Source of the DNA: Chrysomallon squamiferum
Lineage: Eukaryota; Animalia; Mollusca
DNA length: 64,000 bases
Direction: 5' to 3'
NCBI GenBank assembly: GCA_012295275.1
Contig: CM022666.1
Coordinates: 12,710,001-12,774,000 of the forward strand
Under the pieces are notes generated by a model that saw only the letters and a list, made by a program, of their open reading frames with translations, made no database searches and was not told the origin of the DNA. Shown in pieces: positions 44,772 to 59,948 of this stretch; the stretch's first letter is position 1; each line of letters opens with the position of its first letter. Both the position numbers and the translations under genes were made by a program.

Positions 44772-46611
44772 GTAAATGATAAATAAAAAATATTATGAAG
44801 AGTAGTAGTAAAATACTTGATTGTAGTTCACTGTCATGTTCAGGGCTAAATATTCACTGGAAATATTTCCAGTATTCTATTATACTGAATAATCAATGAG
44901 TAAAACTTTACCAAATTAGAAATTAAAATAGTTTGCTTATCATGCATAGGTTTAAACTGCTTTCAAAAGCACAGCATTACATTCGAATCCATGTACGTTC
45001 AAAATATCGTGGTTTATCGAGACTAGCCTGGCCTGAAACCAGTGAGTGGTTTCCATTTCTAATGAACCATATTTCGAACAAAGAGAACACATTCAACGAA
45101 AAGAAATGCTTAAAATAAAAACAGATTGTTCATTTTAATTCTTGTGTTGATTATATTAAATTAAATGAAAACAAAGCTTTCTCTTTTTTTGTTTTAAAAT
45201 TGGATATACTATTGCTGACAAATTGGTTATTCATTCCAGTAATCTATATACAGTTTGTCACATCTGACACAGAATTCTGTGTAACTAACACTGCTGATAA
45301 AGTTGTTCTCTGAAACTTTTGAGAATGGGAGGATTCTCATGGACTGGTTCCAAGAGAATCCACATAGACTTTTACACACACACACACACACATATATATG
45401 CCTAATGATGTATATATATATATCTATATATATGCAGCATATGCCTGTTATTGATGCCTCACTAAATTTTGTATACTACTACAACAATCACCTATATTTT
45501 TGGTACCAGTCGTTTTTAATAACAAAGTAAATAGAACAATAAAATAACACATCAGTGAGGTTCTTATTTTATTGTGATATTTAAAAAATGTCAGGAGAAT
45601 TCACTCCAGATTTCATTAATAGCAAATTATATATATATATATATACAAAATAGATTAATTGTTAATATCAAACGGATGGCTTTATCTACTGATATGCATA
45701 TGGAACTGATTTAGATCAGTTTTAATAAAAAACAGAAAGACACCAGATGAACAGACACTCGGTTCTGAGGAATAATTCCAGGCTGTCTTTTGTTGCCTTA
45801 CATCACTGGTTCCCAACATTTTTGCTCCATGCCCCACCTCAGCATCTAAAAAATGTTTATGTCCCCCCTTAGAGTTTTGTAAAAGTGCAATTACTGTAAT
45901 ATAAAGTAGAAATCCTTTAACTGACAAAACAAAGTGTAAACAAACTGCTCATTAGTGTTGTCAGATACACGATAACTTGTAGACGAAGTGTAACTGGAAG
46001 TTTGGTCGTGTTATATCAATTTCAAAATTGCACTCTTGTCTCAGATCGACATCTATATTTGAGGATATTAGGATAGTTTGCCTCCCTTGCCAGGCAAACG
46101 GTGGAAAAAAAATAAAAAATAAAATAAAATAATAATAATAATAATAATAATAATTAAGTAATAATGTTAAATTCACAGTGTTAGTATATATATGTGATTA
46201 AATCTAGCGACCAAATGTTGTCAGTAAAACAGAATAACTATTAAAAGAACAAACTTTATGTTTGCATAAATATTTTAAAGTTTTTATTCATAATGTCATT
46301 TTGTATTCTTTTAATGCTCGCGAACTTATTTCTCATCAAAAGAAAACAATGAAACTATTCAGCTTGGGTTTGAGGTATTTTTGCATTACGTTGTTATTAT
46401 TATTATTATTATTATAATTTTTATTTTTATTTTTATTTATTATTATTATTATTATGATTTTATTTTTTAAACAAATGTCATCCTCCAATAAGTTTTAGCG
46501 AGTATAAATTTAGTAAACAGACTGAGTTGACACTTCCACCATACACGATCCAATGACAAACGAGCATGTTTGCATTATCTTTTCCAACGGATGCAGAAAC
46601 TTAAACACTAT

Positions 46612-47167
46612 CGTGGTAAAGAGAAAAAGTTACAGTCTGTGTATGATCAATATCCGGAACGAATAGTTGGTGTAATACTCGTGCCTTTTCCAAAGCAAAA
46701 TGGAATTTACAAAAATGCCTCAAGTGGATCAGTTATATGCGGAAGGCCACGGGAACAGCTGAATTCATCGAAAATCAACTGGATTCACGTGAAAATAAAA
46801 ATTAAAAAACTCCGACATAGAAAGAAACGTATTATTTCTTCGTTTGACCGGTTATCGAACAAATAACTGTCGTTTTAAATAACATCCAATAACAACATTA
46901 GTTCAAAATTTAATATTAGTTCAAAACAAATGTGTTACGGCATTAAATATAAAATTACAAGTAATGTATTATTGAAAGTTCTATTTATAAAACATACACG
47001 TTATAAACGATTACGTAAGCATACGTAACTCCGCCCCAAAAAGGGGTGTAACCCGATTGTTGCTCGGTTAGTCAAGCTTAAAACAATGGAAGAATCACGT
47101 AGAAAAAGGGCTAAATTGTCCGATCTGTCGGTGAATTTCTGTCTGGATTTTTTAAGAGATACAGCTA
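46612..47167 (+). mobile_element. THAP relic copy c (46612-46785) and truncated SWIM-type ORF start (47086-47167)
   Basis: YPERIVGVILVPFPK…CGRPREQLNSSKIN; MEESRRKRAKLSDLSVNFCLDFLRDTA then a deletion. Confidence 0.65.
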
Positions 47168-47567
47168 AAGCATTTAGTTTTCATTTTGTTTGTTTTGTTG
47201 TTATTTTGTAAAGAGTTGTTCTTATTAATAACATTATTATTTAATTTTTTTTCTTTTCATTTTTAAGTTGGTTATAGTAATGCAATTCGGTAGATTTGTT
47301 GTTTATTTCTGTAAAGTAAATAAATAAAATAATAATGTTTCTTTTTTTAATCTAGTTTTAATCATTTTAAAATTTGTTTATTCATTGGTGATCAAATACT
47401 AAAATAAAATAAAAGTAATAATAGTAATAAATATTTATTAATATAAAGTGATGTTTCTTCCCTGTACATACAGTTTCAACAAGTCAAGCGCAGATTGCTT
47501 ATTTTAATGAGATATTTATTGTAAGTATACACCATGGATATAATAATAAGTGGTATATCTTTTCACA

Positions 47568-47670
47568 TGACGCAAAATGTTAAAAATAACGGTTAGAATT
47601 TCCAAAGGGGAATCACCTTCTGAAATAGCTTCCTAAAAACGAACCCACGTAATTTCCATCACGTGACTAA
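47568..47670. promoter_or_regulatory. Paralogous enhancer block with variant kB site GGGGAATCACC (47607-47617)
   Basis: Homologous to 27261-27365, about 0.6 kb upstream of the ATG at 48229. Confidence 0.45.
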
Positions 47671-48228
47671 TAATCGATTATATCGTTGTGGTCATGTAAT
47701 ACAGTTGGCTTCTTTGGAATTAAAATGCTTTAAAGAAAATACATAAAATGAAATAAAATAATTAAAAAAATAAAGATGTAAAGAAAATAAATAAATTAAT
47801 AAATAATACTAAATAAAACACTTTCGCTTTATTAAAATGTTTATAACAATCATTTATATTGTTGTTGTTATTGTCATCGCCGTCGTTGTTGTTTCATACT
47901 TGTTTCTTTCTTCCAAACAGAGGATACACCAGTTTTACTAAGTAATGTGTAAGAAATTAACGTAGTAACTGAAACTGAAAAAAATGTACGTGCTGATCAG
48001 GTCTACGAGGACGGATTATGTGACATGATCGTGTGCTTGGTAAGTCTAGCTGTGATTGGTCCTCGTACACGTATAAAACTAACTCCCACCGAGGCGTTGT
48101 CAGAGAGAGCGCGGACCTGTAGCAGGCGTGTTTCGTGACAGCACCTTAATTTTTAAATTATTTTTTTTATCACTTACAGATTTATAAGCCGAAATTTAAA
48201 AAAACAAAAAAAAAAAACAAAAAACAAA

Positions 48229-49266
48229 ATGGAGCTAAAAATAATGAGAACTGTAGTTTGTGCCCTGTTGTTTCTCAACATACTTCTAGCGACTGTTTCG
48301 ATTGCTTTGAAGGTTGTTATGTATCAAAACCGCGGATCACACACACAGACAGAGCCTATATTGTGCGAAGAGAAGAAGGTGAGTGCAGAAAACAAACTAT
48401 TAAACGTTGTGTTAGTAACGGGGGCCTGAACAAGGTTTTCGTTTTTAAATTTTATATTTCAATTAAGTGTAACTTTCTCAAGGTATAGAAGCGTTAGTTT
48501 GTGTCGTGACAGGAGGATTAATTTTTGTTTTTCTTTTGTAGGAAGGGTTACCTGCAAACGAAGAAAAAAATCAAACAGTAAATATTACACATGAAAAAAA
48601 AAGAGCGACTTCAAGGAGGGTTTTCCTCGTACGTTTTTTTTTTTTTTTTTTTGTTTAGACATACCTATATTAGACAAACGAAGAAATTGAAATTCTATTT
48701 ATAAAATATTACGTTATAAACGATTACGGTATTCATCATAACCTTTTTAACTAATTTTTTTTAAACATACGTTAAATAATACTAATACTCCTAATAAACA
48801 GATAAAATTACTATTTATAATAACAAGGTTTGTAATAATGATGATTGTCATCATCACAAAAACAAGTAATTAATAAACATCAGAATTGTAATAATTAGAC
48901 TAAAAACTGCATGCAACAACTACGCGTTTATTAAATTTTGTCCCGAATTGTGTCGCGTAGCATTATTGATGTGAAGCGTCACGTGACTCGTTTTGTGTCC
49001 TATGTTACTATTTCTCCGCCATAATGCTTACTTCGTACAGAATAAAGGTCTTTGTTTTGATGGTTTTGTGCATCAATATCTTTGGAAGAATTTTGTCTGT
49101 TGTTTTATTTATTTTACTGTCGACAAAACAACAAACGCCTGTAAATAATAATTGCGTATTATGTCAGGAAACAACTGCAGTCTTTTTTACAAAAAGGAAG
49201 GAAATTAATCAAACAACTAAATGTATTGGAAAGTGCGATTTCAAGAAGGTTTTTATTTATAAATTG

Positions 49267-49299
<33 letters not shown>

Positions 49300-51303
49300 C
49301 ATTATTTCCTGTAAAAATAATAAATCTAAAAATAAATGATAATTATTGCAAATAACATTAGAAAATAATAATAATTTAAATATGTACTAAGCAATAGCTT
49401 TAGGCTTGGGCGTTTCCTTAGAATGTTAATATAACATTTTATTTCGTACGATTTATTTTGTACAGCAATGTGAAAAGGTCTACATACAAACATTAAAATA
49501 CCACGAGAGCTCGAGAATGTGAAAAACACTATTTCCATTGTTGTCCTGTAAACATACTGGAATCACGAATGAAAGGCAATTTGTGATACTAAAACACCGT
49601 GGACGTTAATGATGATTTTGAATTGCCAAATAAAGATTCAGAGACATTTTAAATCTGTTAATTTTTGTTGAAACTGGAAATCACATCAGCCGACTATGAC
49701 TACAAACACTGAAACACAATCACCAGTGTAAATAATGTTCAAGTTTATATTTATTTTAAATTAAAACAGTACCATCATTGCAATATATAAATAAATAAAT
49801 AGTTTTGTTTTATTCCTCAACATAATTTAGCATTTGAAAAAATCATATGCCTATACCATTGCGAGATACAGTGTCGTAGATGATTTTAAACGGTAACTGT
49901 AAGGTTAAAAATATTGCACAGAATATAGACTCGGATAATCCCTGCAGATGTATATTGTCACATTTTTCTATTTTTCATTTGTACTGTTTCCTTCCAGGCT
50001 TCTTTGCACCTGTTACTAAATATTTACTTGCTTTTCTTCTTCATACCTGTTAATAAATGTTAACATTCCTTTCTTTCTTATAAATTTTTATTAAAAGTTT
50101 ACCTTCTTTTCTTATTTATACATTTTTATTAAATGTTTAATACTTAGTTACTAAATCTTTCCTTCTTTTTTATTTATACTTTTTTTTATTAAATGTCTAC
50201 CTTGTTAAGTTCTTTTGTTCTTTATACTTGTTTTTATTAAATGTCTAACTTCGTTCCTTCTTTATATCTTGTTATTAGATGTTTTATCTTTCTTTTCTCT
50301 CTGTATTCTTTTATAAAATGTTCACATTCCCAACTTCTTTCTACCTTGTTTAGTTGTTATTAAATGTTTACCTTCCTTTCGTCTTTAGATGTTATTATAT
50401 ATATGTTCTTTTCTTGTTGACATCCTTACTGTCACAAGTTAACCTTTCTTCAATCTCCTGTGTGTAGATGTTACAGATAGTGTCCACATTTTGAAAATCA
50501 TCCAAAATTTGAATAAGGAGTGAGTGAAATAAAAAATTAAAAAAGAGAAACATATCTACATATACAGTCACTAACAAAACACACATACACACTTTTCTGA
50601 TGCCATTTCTTTGACAATTAAATACATACCAAACATCCACCACCACTTTAGAAAATGTGTCTTAGAAACTATTATTATATTCATTATTCTTCAATCATTT
50701 TAACTTTTCAGATTTATAATAGAACTTTAAGTGGATTAAAACCTTCATCTATTAAACCATTGAGGAGTAAAAGATCAATTAGTAAGAAGTTTATATTCTT
50801 GTAATGAATTCTGGTGTATATATCATTAGGCATAGACTGTATATATTATTTGACATATATAAAATCATTAGGCATATGCATAACATATATTATTTGACAT
50901 ATATAAAATCATCACTCTGACACACTCTGACACACACAAACACACACTGGAATAAAATAAGAAAGTAATGCAGTAAACTACTATTACTACTACTATCTCT
51001 ACTAATGCTGCTGCTAGTACTAGTACTAGTAATCACTACTAATACTAATAAGAGAAAGAAGAATCAAAGTACAAACAGTAGTTAAAATATTAAAGTCATT
51101 GTTTATTTATGTTTTAGCTCTTCGTCAGTTGAGACTGCTTAAACCAATGGTTCACCTACAAGGACTGGAAGATACAGATTACAGTAGGTGTTTTTTTGTT
51201 ATTCTTCTTTTTTTTCCTTTTTTTGTACCCTTCAATGTCAGATCACTTGTATCTTTAGGTGTATGTATCTGTGTGTGTGTGTGTGTGTGTTTGTTTGTTT
51301 ATT

Positions 51304-51346
<43 letters not shown>

Positions 51347-52498
51347 TGAGACACTGTATATTATGGGATATTAATAACTGTGCACCAGTGTGAATGCCAT
51401 ATTGGCAGTGTAGTGTGAGTTAGTTATACTGTGTGTGTGTGTTTGTGTGTGTTAGTTATACTGTGTGTTTGTGTGTGTGTGGGTGTTATACTGCATATTA
51501 TGGGGTATTAATAACTTTGCACCAGTTTTAGGTGCAATATTGGCAGTGTAATTTTCTGGACTAAGTGGTTGTTTTATTCTGTTAAGCTGATTTACAATTG
51601 TATACAACAGTATGTATATTTGTATGTATTTATGAATGACTGTTCTCTGTCTTGTGTACATGTGACTCTGCACTTAGACAATAGTGAGAAAAGCACTGGT
51701 AGAGGATGACAAAGTCCTGTCATACCTCACAAAGCACCAACGATGAGTCTTAAATATATGACACCCATTCACCTGCACTCTGGAGGTGACGTGTACATAT
51801 GTTTGTGTTTCTGTGTATGTTTATCGTTACGTTTATGTACATGTATGTATGTGTATTGTTGTTGTTTTTAATATTATTATCATTATTACTATTATCATCA
51901 TTATGTCTTTATTATTATTGTTATTATTATTGATACTGTGTTATTATCTCCTTATTATTGTTATCATTATCATTATTTTCATCACTATTATCATTATTAT
52001 TAGTATGGTTATTATTATTATATTATATTATATTATTATTATTATTATTATTATTATTATGTAGCACCAAATGACACATCAGTTCGGATGATTCGAAACT
52101 GGAACAGTGAAGACCAGTTGAAACGCAGTATTGTTCGGAACTGGATGAAATACGAAAATGGTAAAATAACCATACCAACACACGGAATGTATCGAGTCTA
52201 CAGCCAGATGGTCTTTGACTGGCAAAAACTGAAAGATTCACATAACGGTAAGAACCAAATCTGGAAACATCAGGTGATGATATACAAGGCAACAACGGCT
52301 GAAGATGAGGTGTTGCTTAGCAACGAATTCACTGAGTGTGACACTGACTTCTACAGAAAGTATGATGAATACCCAAGTTATCTGAGCGGAACATTCACTC
52401 TAAATGCTGGTGACTTGGTGTACGTGAAAACCTCTCATTTTGATCACATAATGGCTGATCCAACGCGCCATTTTTTAGGTGTAAATGTGGCTTGGTAA
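48229..52498 (+). CDS. TNF-superfamily ligand copy 2; shared exons 50712-50781, 51118-51183, 52065-52498; N-terminus from exon 1b (49024-49248; 264 aa) or exons 1a+2a (48229-48378, 48542-48619; 265 aa)
   Basis: TNF homology domain open (ORF 52088-52498) and RSKR site kept. Both N-terminal options end in phase 0, but both donors are weak (GTTTTT, GTTTTC), and exon 2a reads in a shifted frame in its second half. Confidence 0.8.
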
Positions 52499-52963
52499 AT
52501 AGTACTTTAAAAACAGGACTTAACAGACTTTTTAATAATAATATAATCTACAAAGACATCCTTAGAATATATACTTACATACTTATATATATGGAAACAG
52601 AGACACAGATTCAAGATCACAAGGGAGAGTCTTTGGTCTTGTTGTGATAAGAGTTTGGTAAAAAACACAAATATTTGAGTGGGTTTTTTTAACATGATTA
52701 TCCTGATTCTCCCTTGACTGATCTTGTATTAAAATCTGTTTCCAAACAAAACTTAGATAATGTAATCGTTTATTTTTCATTTGTAATTTTGTTCTCACCA
52801 AACAAAATAAAATTTAAAAAAAAATTGTTGTTTCTAATATATTATATTTAGATCCACATGATGAATTATGATGGTAACCCGTTTTGACCTCACGCAGTAG
52901 AGCCCTTAACCATTCCCTAACAGGCCGTGGAAAGTTTTAACAGGATATTTAGATGTACTGTTT

Positions 52964-53237
52964 GGTGCTACTTTGGCGTGTCATTTACAACTTAAATGGC
53001 GACGATATAGGAAATGTCAGTTTATAAGATTGTATATTCCTTTAAATTTGACAGGAAATTTTAGTTTATAGCAAACTTATTCACCTTTTAAGCTCAATTC
53101 AACGATAAATTATAAATATATAATAAAAAAAAATAATTAAAAAAAACAAGAATTAAAAAATAATAATTAAAAAAAGCGCATAGAATTTTCTCAGTGTAGA
53201 CCACAGAATCACGTTTATCACACGCCAAAGTAGCACC
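52964..53237. mobile_element. MITE copy with exact 8-bp TSD TACTGTTT
   Basis: 18-bp TIRs and flanking direct repeat read directly. Confidence 0.87.
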
Positions 53238-54085
53238 TACTGTTTTCTCTGTTTAAGTTAGAAAATTGATCCTAATATCCTTATTAAACCGCGGGTTGCA
53301 ATTTAGGTTAAACCTACTTGTAGAATTCGTTACTGGCTATTTTTTTACTCACTATAATGTCTTATACTGTTGTGCTATTAAAGTACAGTTTTTGAAAATG
53401 TAACATTGATTATTTACATATATAGCTTACTTTAATACTGTCTAACATCTCGTAATTAACCTGTATGCATCATTAAAGTAAGTAAATATGTACCGTTAGT
53501 TAGCAGTGATCCAATTAATGAAATCGCTTTGCAATTAACAATCATTAGCGAGAGACAAAAGTAATTTTTATCGGCTAGGCTGTGCTGATTTCATATCACA
53601 GTGGTCGACCTATATGTATAATACATTTTAGTATCTTGGTCCTTTAGAAAGGTTGCCAACCCCAGATACGATTACATTCTACTAAAATAATCATTGTGTA
53701 ATCAATGCTTATGTTGTTTTTAATAACTAAAACTTTATAACAATACAAACATTTGTCGAGAATGACAAACCGAAAGAAGGAAAATAATATTTTAATATGA
53801 TATGTATAATACATTTGATGTCTTGGCAGTCTTCAAGAACACCGCACAGCTGAATGCCCCCCTCTCTGCAAAAGGTTGCTGACACCTGATATGATTACAT
53901 TGCAATAAACTACCATTGTAAGATGAATGCTTATGTTGCTTTTAATAACTGAAACTTTATTTGAATACAAGCATTTCTCATGAATAAAACAGTAAACAAA
54001 CTAAAGGAAAGAAACAAATATTTGAAAAGATTTAAATAATAATAATAATAATAATAATAACAATAATAATAACAATAACAATAAC

Positions 54086-54133
<48 letters not shown>

Positions 54134-54862
54134 TAATAATAGTAATAATAATAATAAAATGTGAAAGAAAACGAAACGAGGGAAATAGAAATAATATCAT
54201 AGTGGGAAAAATGCCTCGCCTGGATATGCCATCAACAAATTAAAATAAAATATATTTAACTATAGCAACCAAAGTTATAAAGCAACCAAAGTCGTCAAGT
54301 TACAATCCATCCAATCTAACAACAGACAGATAATTAATTAAAATACATAATGATATCAGCCGGCTCCAATTAATGGGTAGGCACCGATTAGGACATATGT
54401 AGAAAAAGATGTCTTATCCTGAGTAAATTGATTACGGCAATAATCTTGACAACAACTAAAATACCTAAATACATTAATACGTAACGATATGAGCCGAGTG
54501 CTGTAAAATAACGCACAGATCAGCTACAACGCACTTGGCTGACCAGCCATAAACACTTCGGAACTCGGCTCATCTCTCTTTCGTTTTTGTATTTATTACA
54601 TGTCGTTGGTGCCACAGGATCACGCGCAATGTGTACTTTATTGATCTAATATTACAAAACGTTAGTAACTACATGTACAGTCATAAACGCAATATGCATT
54701 GAAACAATATATACACAATTTAACTAATGCAGTTGTTTACTGTTACCTGTGTATACAGCCATTATGCTTAATTATGTATGAATCGATTTTATGTACACAT
54801 CTGAAATCACTGAAATAGCTGAATACCGAAACCATTATATATACACTTACATACTGCATCAG

Positions 54863-55056
<194 letters not shown>

Positions 55057-55405
55057 TCTGTCTCTCTCATCTTCAGTATTGAGCTCCAAAGGGAGGTTAA
55101 AGAAAAAAACAATGAAGTTGCAGTATAACTGGTTTCCAAGTGTTTAGCTGGAGGACCGGACTAAAATCCATCGCGTGCCGGATGTAGCCTGCAGGCCAGG
55201 GTTTCCGACACCTGATAAATCAGCTACTGTTCAAGCTGTCGAGATCAGCGTGTCAGTTCATTTGATATCTGTGACTCACTAAATTTTTAGAGCTTATTCT
55301 CGAGGAATTCAACAAACCCTAGTATATATCATTACTTGTATCTGTACTGTATTTGAATATACCATCATATATATAATACATATATAGTTGACTGGGAGGG
55401 GTGTT

Positions 55406-55605
55406 NNNNNNNNNNNNNNNNNNNNNNNNNNNNNNNNNNNNNNNNNNNNNNNNNNNNNNNNNNNNNNNNNNNNNNNNNNNNNNNNNNNNNNNNNNNNNNN
55501 NNNNNNNNNNNNNNNNNNNNNNNNNNNNNNNNNNNNNNNNNNNNNNNNNNNNNNNNNNNNNNNNNNNNNNNNNNNNNNNNNNNNNNNNNNNNNNNNNNNN
55601 NNNNN
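55406..55605. other. Assembly gap (200 N)
   Basis: Run of exactly 200 N, likely a fixed-size scaffolding gap. Confidence 0.99.
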
Positions 55606-56202
55606 TAATATTAAAATATTATTTTCCTTCTTTCAGTTTGTCATTCTCGACAAATGTTTGTATTGTTATAAAGTTTTAGTTATTAAAAACAACATAAGCA
55701 TTGATTACACAATGATTATTTTAGGACAATGTAATCGTATCAAGGGTCGGCAACTTTTCTCAGAGGGAGCCATTCAGCTATGCAGTGTTCTGGAGGAGGG
55801 CCAAGATATCAAATGTATTATACATATAGGCCGACCACTGAGATATGAAATCAGCACAGTCTAGCCGATAAAAATTACTTTTGTCTCTCGCTAATGATTG
55901 TTAATTGCAAAACGATTTCATTAATTGGATTACTTCTAACTAACGGTACATATTTACTTACTTTAATGATACATACAGGTTAATTACGAGATGTTAAGAC
56001 TGTATTAAAGTAAGCTATTTAGGTAAATAATCAATGTTACATTTTCAAAAACTGTACTTTAATAGCACAACAGTATAAGACATTATAATAAGTAAAAAAA
56101 TAGATAGTAACGAATTCTACAAGTAGGTTTAACCTAAATTGCAACCCGCGGTTTAATAAGGAAATTAGGACCAATTTTCTAACTTAAACAGAGAAAACAG
56201 TA

Positions 56203-56472
56203 GATGCTACTTTGGCGTGTGATAAACGTGATTCTGTGGTCTACACTGAGAAAATTCTATGCGCTTTTTTAAATTATTATTTTATTATTCTTGTTTTTTT
56301 TATTTTTTTTTATTATATACTTATAATTTATCGTTGAATTGAGCTTAAAAGGTGAATAAGTTTGCTATAAACTAATATTTCCTGTAAAATTTAAAGGACT
56401 ATACAATCTTATAAACTCACATTTCCTATATCGTCGCCATTTAAGTTGTAAATGACACGCCAAAGTAGCACC
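56203..56472. mobile_element. MITE copy (inverted), TSD AAACAGTA
   Basis: TIRs with one mismatch; exact 8-bp flanking repeat. Confidence 0.82.
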
Positions 56473-57295
56473 AAACAGTACATCTAAATATCCTGTTAAA
56501 ACTTTCCACGGCCTGTTAGGGAATGGTTAAGGGCCCCACTGCGTGAGATCAAAACGGTTTACCATCATAATTCATCAAGTGGATCTAAATATAATAGATT
56601 ACAAACAACAATTTTTTTAAAATTTTACTTCGTTTGGTGAAAAAAAACAAAATGAAAATAAAAAAAACAAAGTTTTACAAATTCAAACAGTCAAGGAAAA
56701 AGGATTAAATTAAAAATCTTGATTTTTTGTTTTTTGTTTCACAACAAGAAACTCTTGTAACATAACAAGACCAAAGATTCTCGCTTGTGATAGAAGATAT
56801 ATTTGTTTCCCTGTGTATAGTATTATTCAAAAGTCTGTTAAGTCCTGTTTTCAAAGTACTATTTACCAAACCACATTTACACCTAAAAAATGGCGCGTTG
56901 GATCAGCCATTATGTGATCAAAATGAGAGGTTTTCACGTACACCAAGTCACCAGCATTTAGAGTGAATGTTCCGCTCAGATAACTTGGGTATTCGTCATG
57001 CGTCTGGTTGACGGCAGTGTCGCACTCAGTGAGTTCGTTGCTAAGCAACACCTCATCTTCAGCCGTTGTTGCCCTGTATATCATCACCTGATGTTTCCAG
57101 ATTTGGTTCTCGTTGTAATCTTGAATCTTTCAGTTTTTGCCAGTCAAAGACCATCTGGCTGTAGACTCGATACATTCCGTGTGTTGGTATGGTTATTTTA
57201 CCATTTTCGTGCTTCATCCAGTTCCGAACAATACTGAGTTTCAACTGGTCTTCACTGTTCCAGTTTCGAATCATCCGAACTGATGTGTCATTTGC

Positions 57296-57354
<59 letters not shown>

Positions 57355-58322
57355 TGATGATAATGATAATGATTATGATAATAGTAATAATGATAACCAT
57401 AGTAATAATAATAACCATACTAATAATAATGATAATGATAACAATAATAAGAAGATAATAACACAGTATCAATAATAATAACAATAACAATAAAGTCATA
57501 ATGATGATAATAGTAATAATGATAACCATAGTAATAATAATAACAATAACAATAAAGTCATAATGATGATAATAGTAATAATATAATAATATCAAAAACA
57601 ACAACAATACACATACATACATGTACATAAACGTAACCATAAACATACACAGAAACACAAACATATGTACATGTCACCTCCAGAGTGCAGGTGAATGGGT
57701 GTCGTATATTTAAGACTCATCACTGGTGCTTTGTGAGGTATGACAGGACTTTGTCATCCTGTACCAGTGCTTTTCTCACTATTGTCTAAGTGCAGAGTCA
57801 CATGTACACAAGACAGAGAATAGTCATTCATAAATACATACAAATATACATACTGTTGTATACAATTGTAAATCTGCTTACCAGAATCAAACAACCACTT
57901 AGACCAGAAAATTACACTGCCAATATGGAACCTAAAACTGGTGCAAAGTTATTAATATCCCATAATATATAGTGTAACACACTCACACACACACACACAC
58001 ACACACAAAAACTGGTGCAAAGTTATTAATATCCCATAATATATAGTGTAACACACTCACACACACACACACACAGACACACACAAACAGACACACAGTA
58101 TAACTAACACACAAACACAGACACACACACTACACTGCCAATATGGCACCTAAAACTGGTGCAAAGTTATTAATACCCCATAATATGCAGTATAACACAC
58201 ACACACACCCACACACACAGTATAACTAACACACACAAACACACACACACACACTACACTGCCAATATGGCATTCACACTGGTGCAAATTATTAATATCC
58301 CATAATATACAGTGTCTCACAA

Positions 58323-58364
<42 letters not shown>

Positions 58365-58389
58365 TACACACACACAGTATAAGTAAGTA

Positions 58390-58443
<54 letters not shown>

Positions 58444-59862
58444 CACTGCCAATATGGCATTCACACTGGTGCAAAGTTATTACTATCCCATACTATAGAG
58501 TGTCTCATAAAACACACACACACACACACACACAGATACATATAAACACATTTGTACATACAAATAAAGATACAAGTGATCTGAGACTGAAGGGTTCAGA
58601 AAAAAGAAAAAAAAGAAGAATAACAAAAAAACACCTACTGTAATCTGTTTTTTCCAGTCCTTGTAGGTGAACCATTGGTTTAAACAGACTCAACTGATGA
58701 AGAGCTAAAACATAAATAAACAATGACTTTAATATTTTAACTACTGTTTGTACTTTGATTCTTCTTTCTCTTATTAGTATTAGTAGTGATTACTAGTACT
58801 AGTACTAGTAGCAGCAGCATTAGTAGAGATAGTAGTAGTAATAGTAGTTTACTGCATTACTTTTTTATTTCATTCCAGTGTGTGTTTGTGTGTCACAGTG
58901 ATGTATGTTACATATGCCTAATGATTTTATACATGTCAAATACTAAATACTGTCTATGCCTAATGAAATATAAAATGATATATACACCAGAATTCCTTAA
59001 TGTACTTCAGTGTAAGGAAATTTAAAAAAAAATAAAATAATAAATAAAAAAAAAATAAAAAATGAGATATACAAAATAGATTAACTGTTAATATCATCAA
59101 ACGAATCATTAAGCTCATAAATAATAATAAAATGAAATAAGGTTAGCTATCCCATGAAGAAAATATGTTTTTAATTATTGTTAGAAATTGGTGAAACATA
59201 ACAATTAGCTTTACATTACAAAAATATAAAACTTCTTACTAATTGATCTTTTTCTCCTCAATGGTTTAATAGATGAAGGTTTTATTTCACTTAAAGTTCT
59301 TTCATAAATCTGAAAAGTTAAAATGATTGAAGAATAATGAATATAATAATAGTTTCTAAGACACATTTTCTAAAGTGGTGGTGGATGTTTGGTATGTATT
59401 TAATTGTCAAAGGAAATGGCATCAGAAAAGTGTGTATGTGTGTTTTATTAGTGACTGTATATGTAGATATGTTTCTCTTTTTTAATTTTTTATTTCACTG
59501 ACTCCTTATTCAAATTTTGGATGATTTTCAAAATGTGGACACTATCTGTAACATCTACACACAGGAGACTGAAGAAAGGTTAACTTGTGACAGTAAGGAT
59601 GTCAAGACAAAAAAAAAACAAACATAAAAACATCTAAAGACGAAAGGAAGGTAAACATTTAATACAACTAAACAAGGTATAAAGAAGTTGGGAATGTGAA
59701 CATTTTATAACAGAATATAGAGAGGAAAGAAAGATAAAATATTTAATAACAAGATATAAAGAAGGAACGAAGTTAGACATTTAATAAAAAAAAGTAAAAA
59801 GAAGAAAAGAACTTAACAAGGTAGACATTTAATAAAAGAAAAAGTATAAAAAACATAAAACA

Positions 59863-59916
59863 ATCAAAGTATGACAAGAAAATAAAAATCTCTTATGATG
59901 CATGCAGGCTGTATAA

Positions 59917-59948
<32 letters not shown>

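Noticed and set aside
55388-55864. ORFs spanning the N run
   Set aside because: Artefacts of the assembly gap
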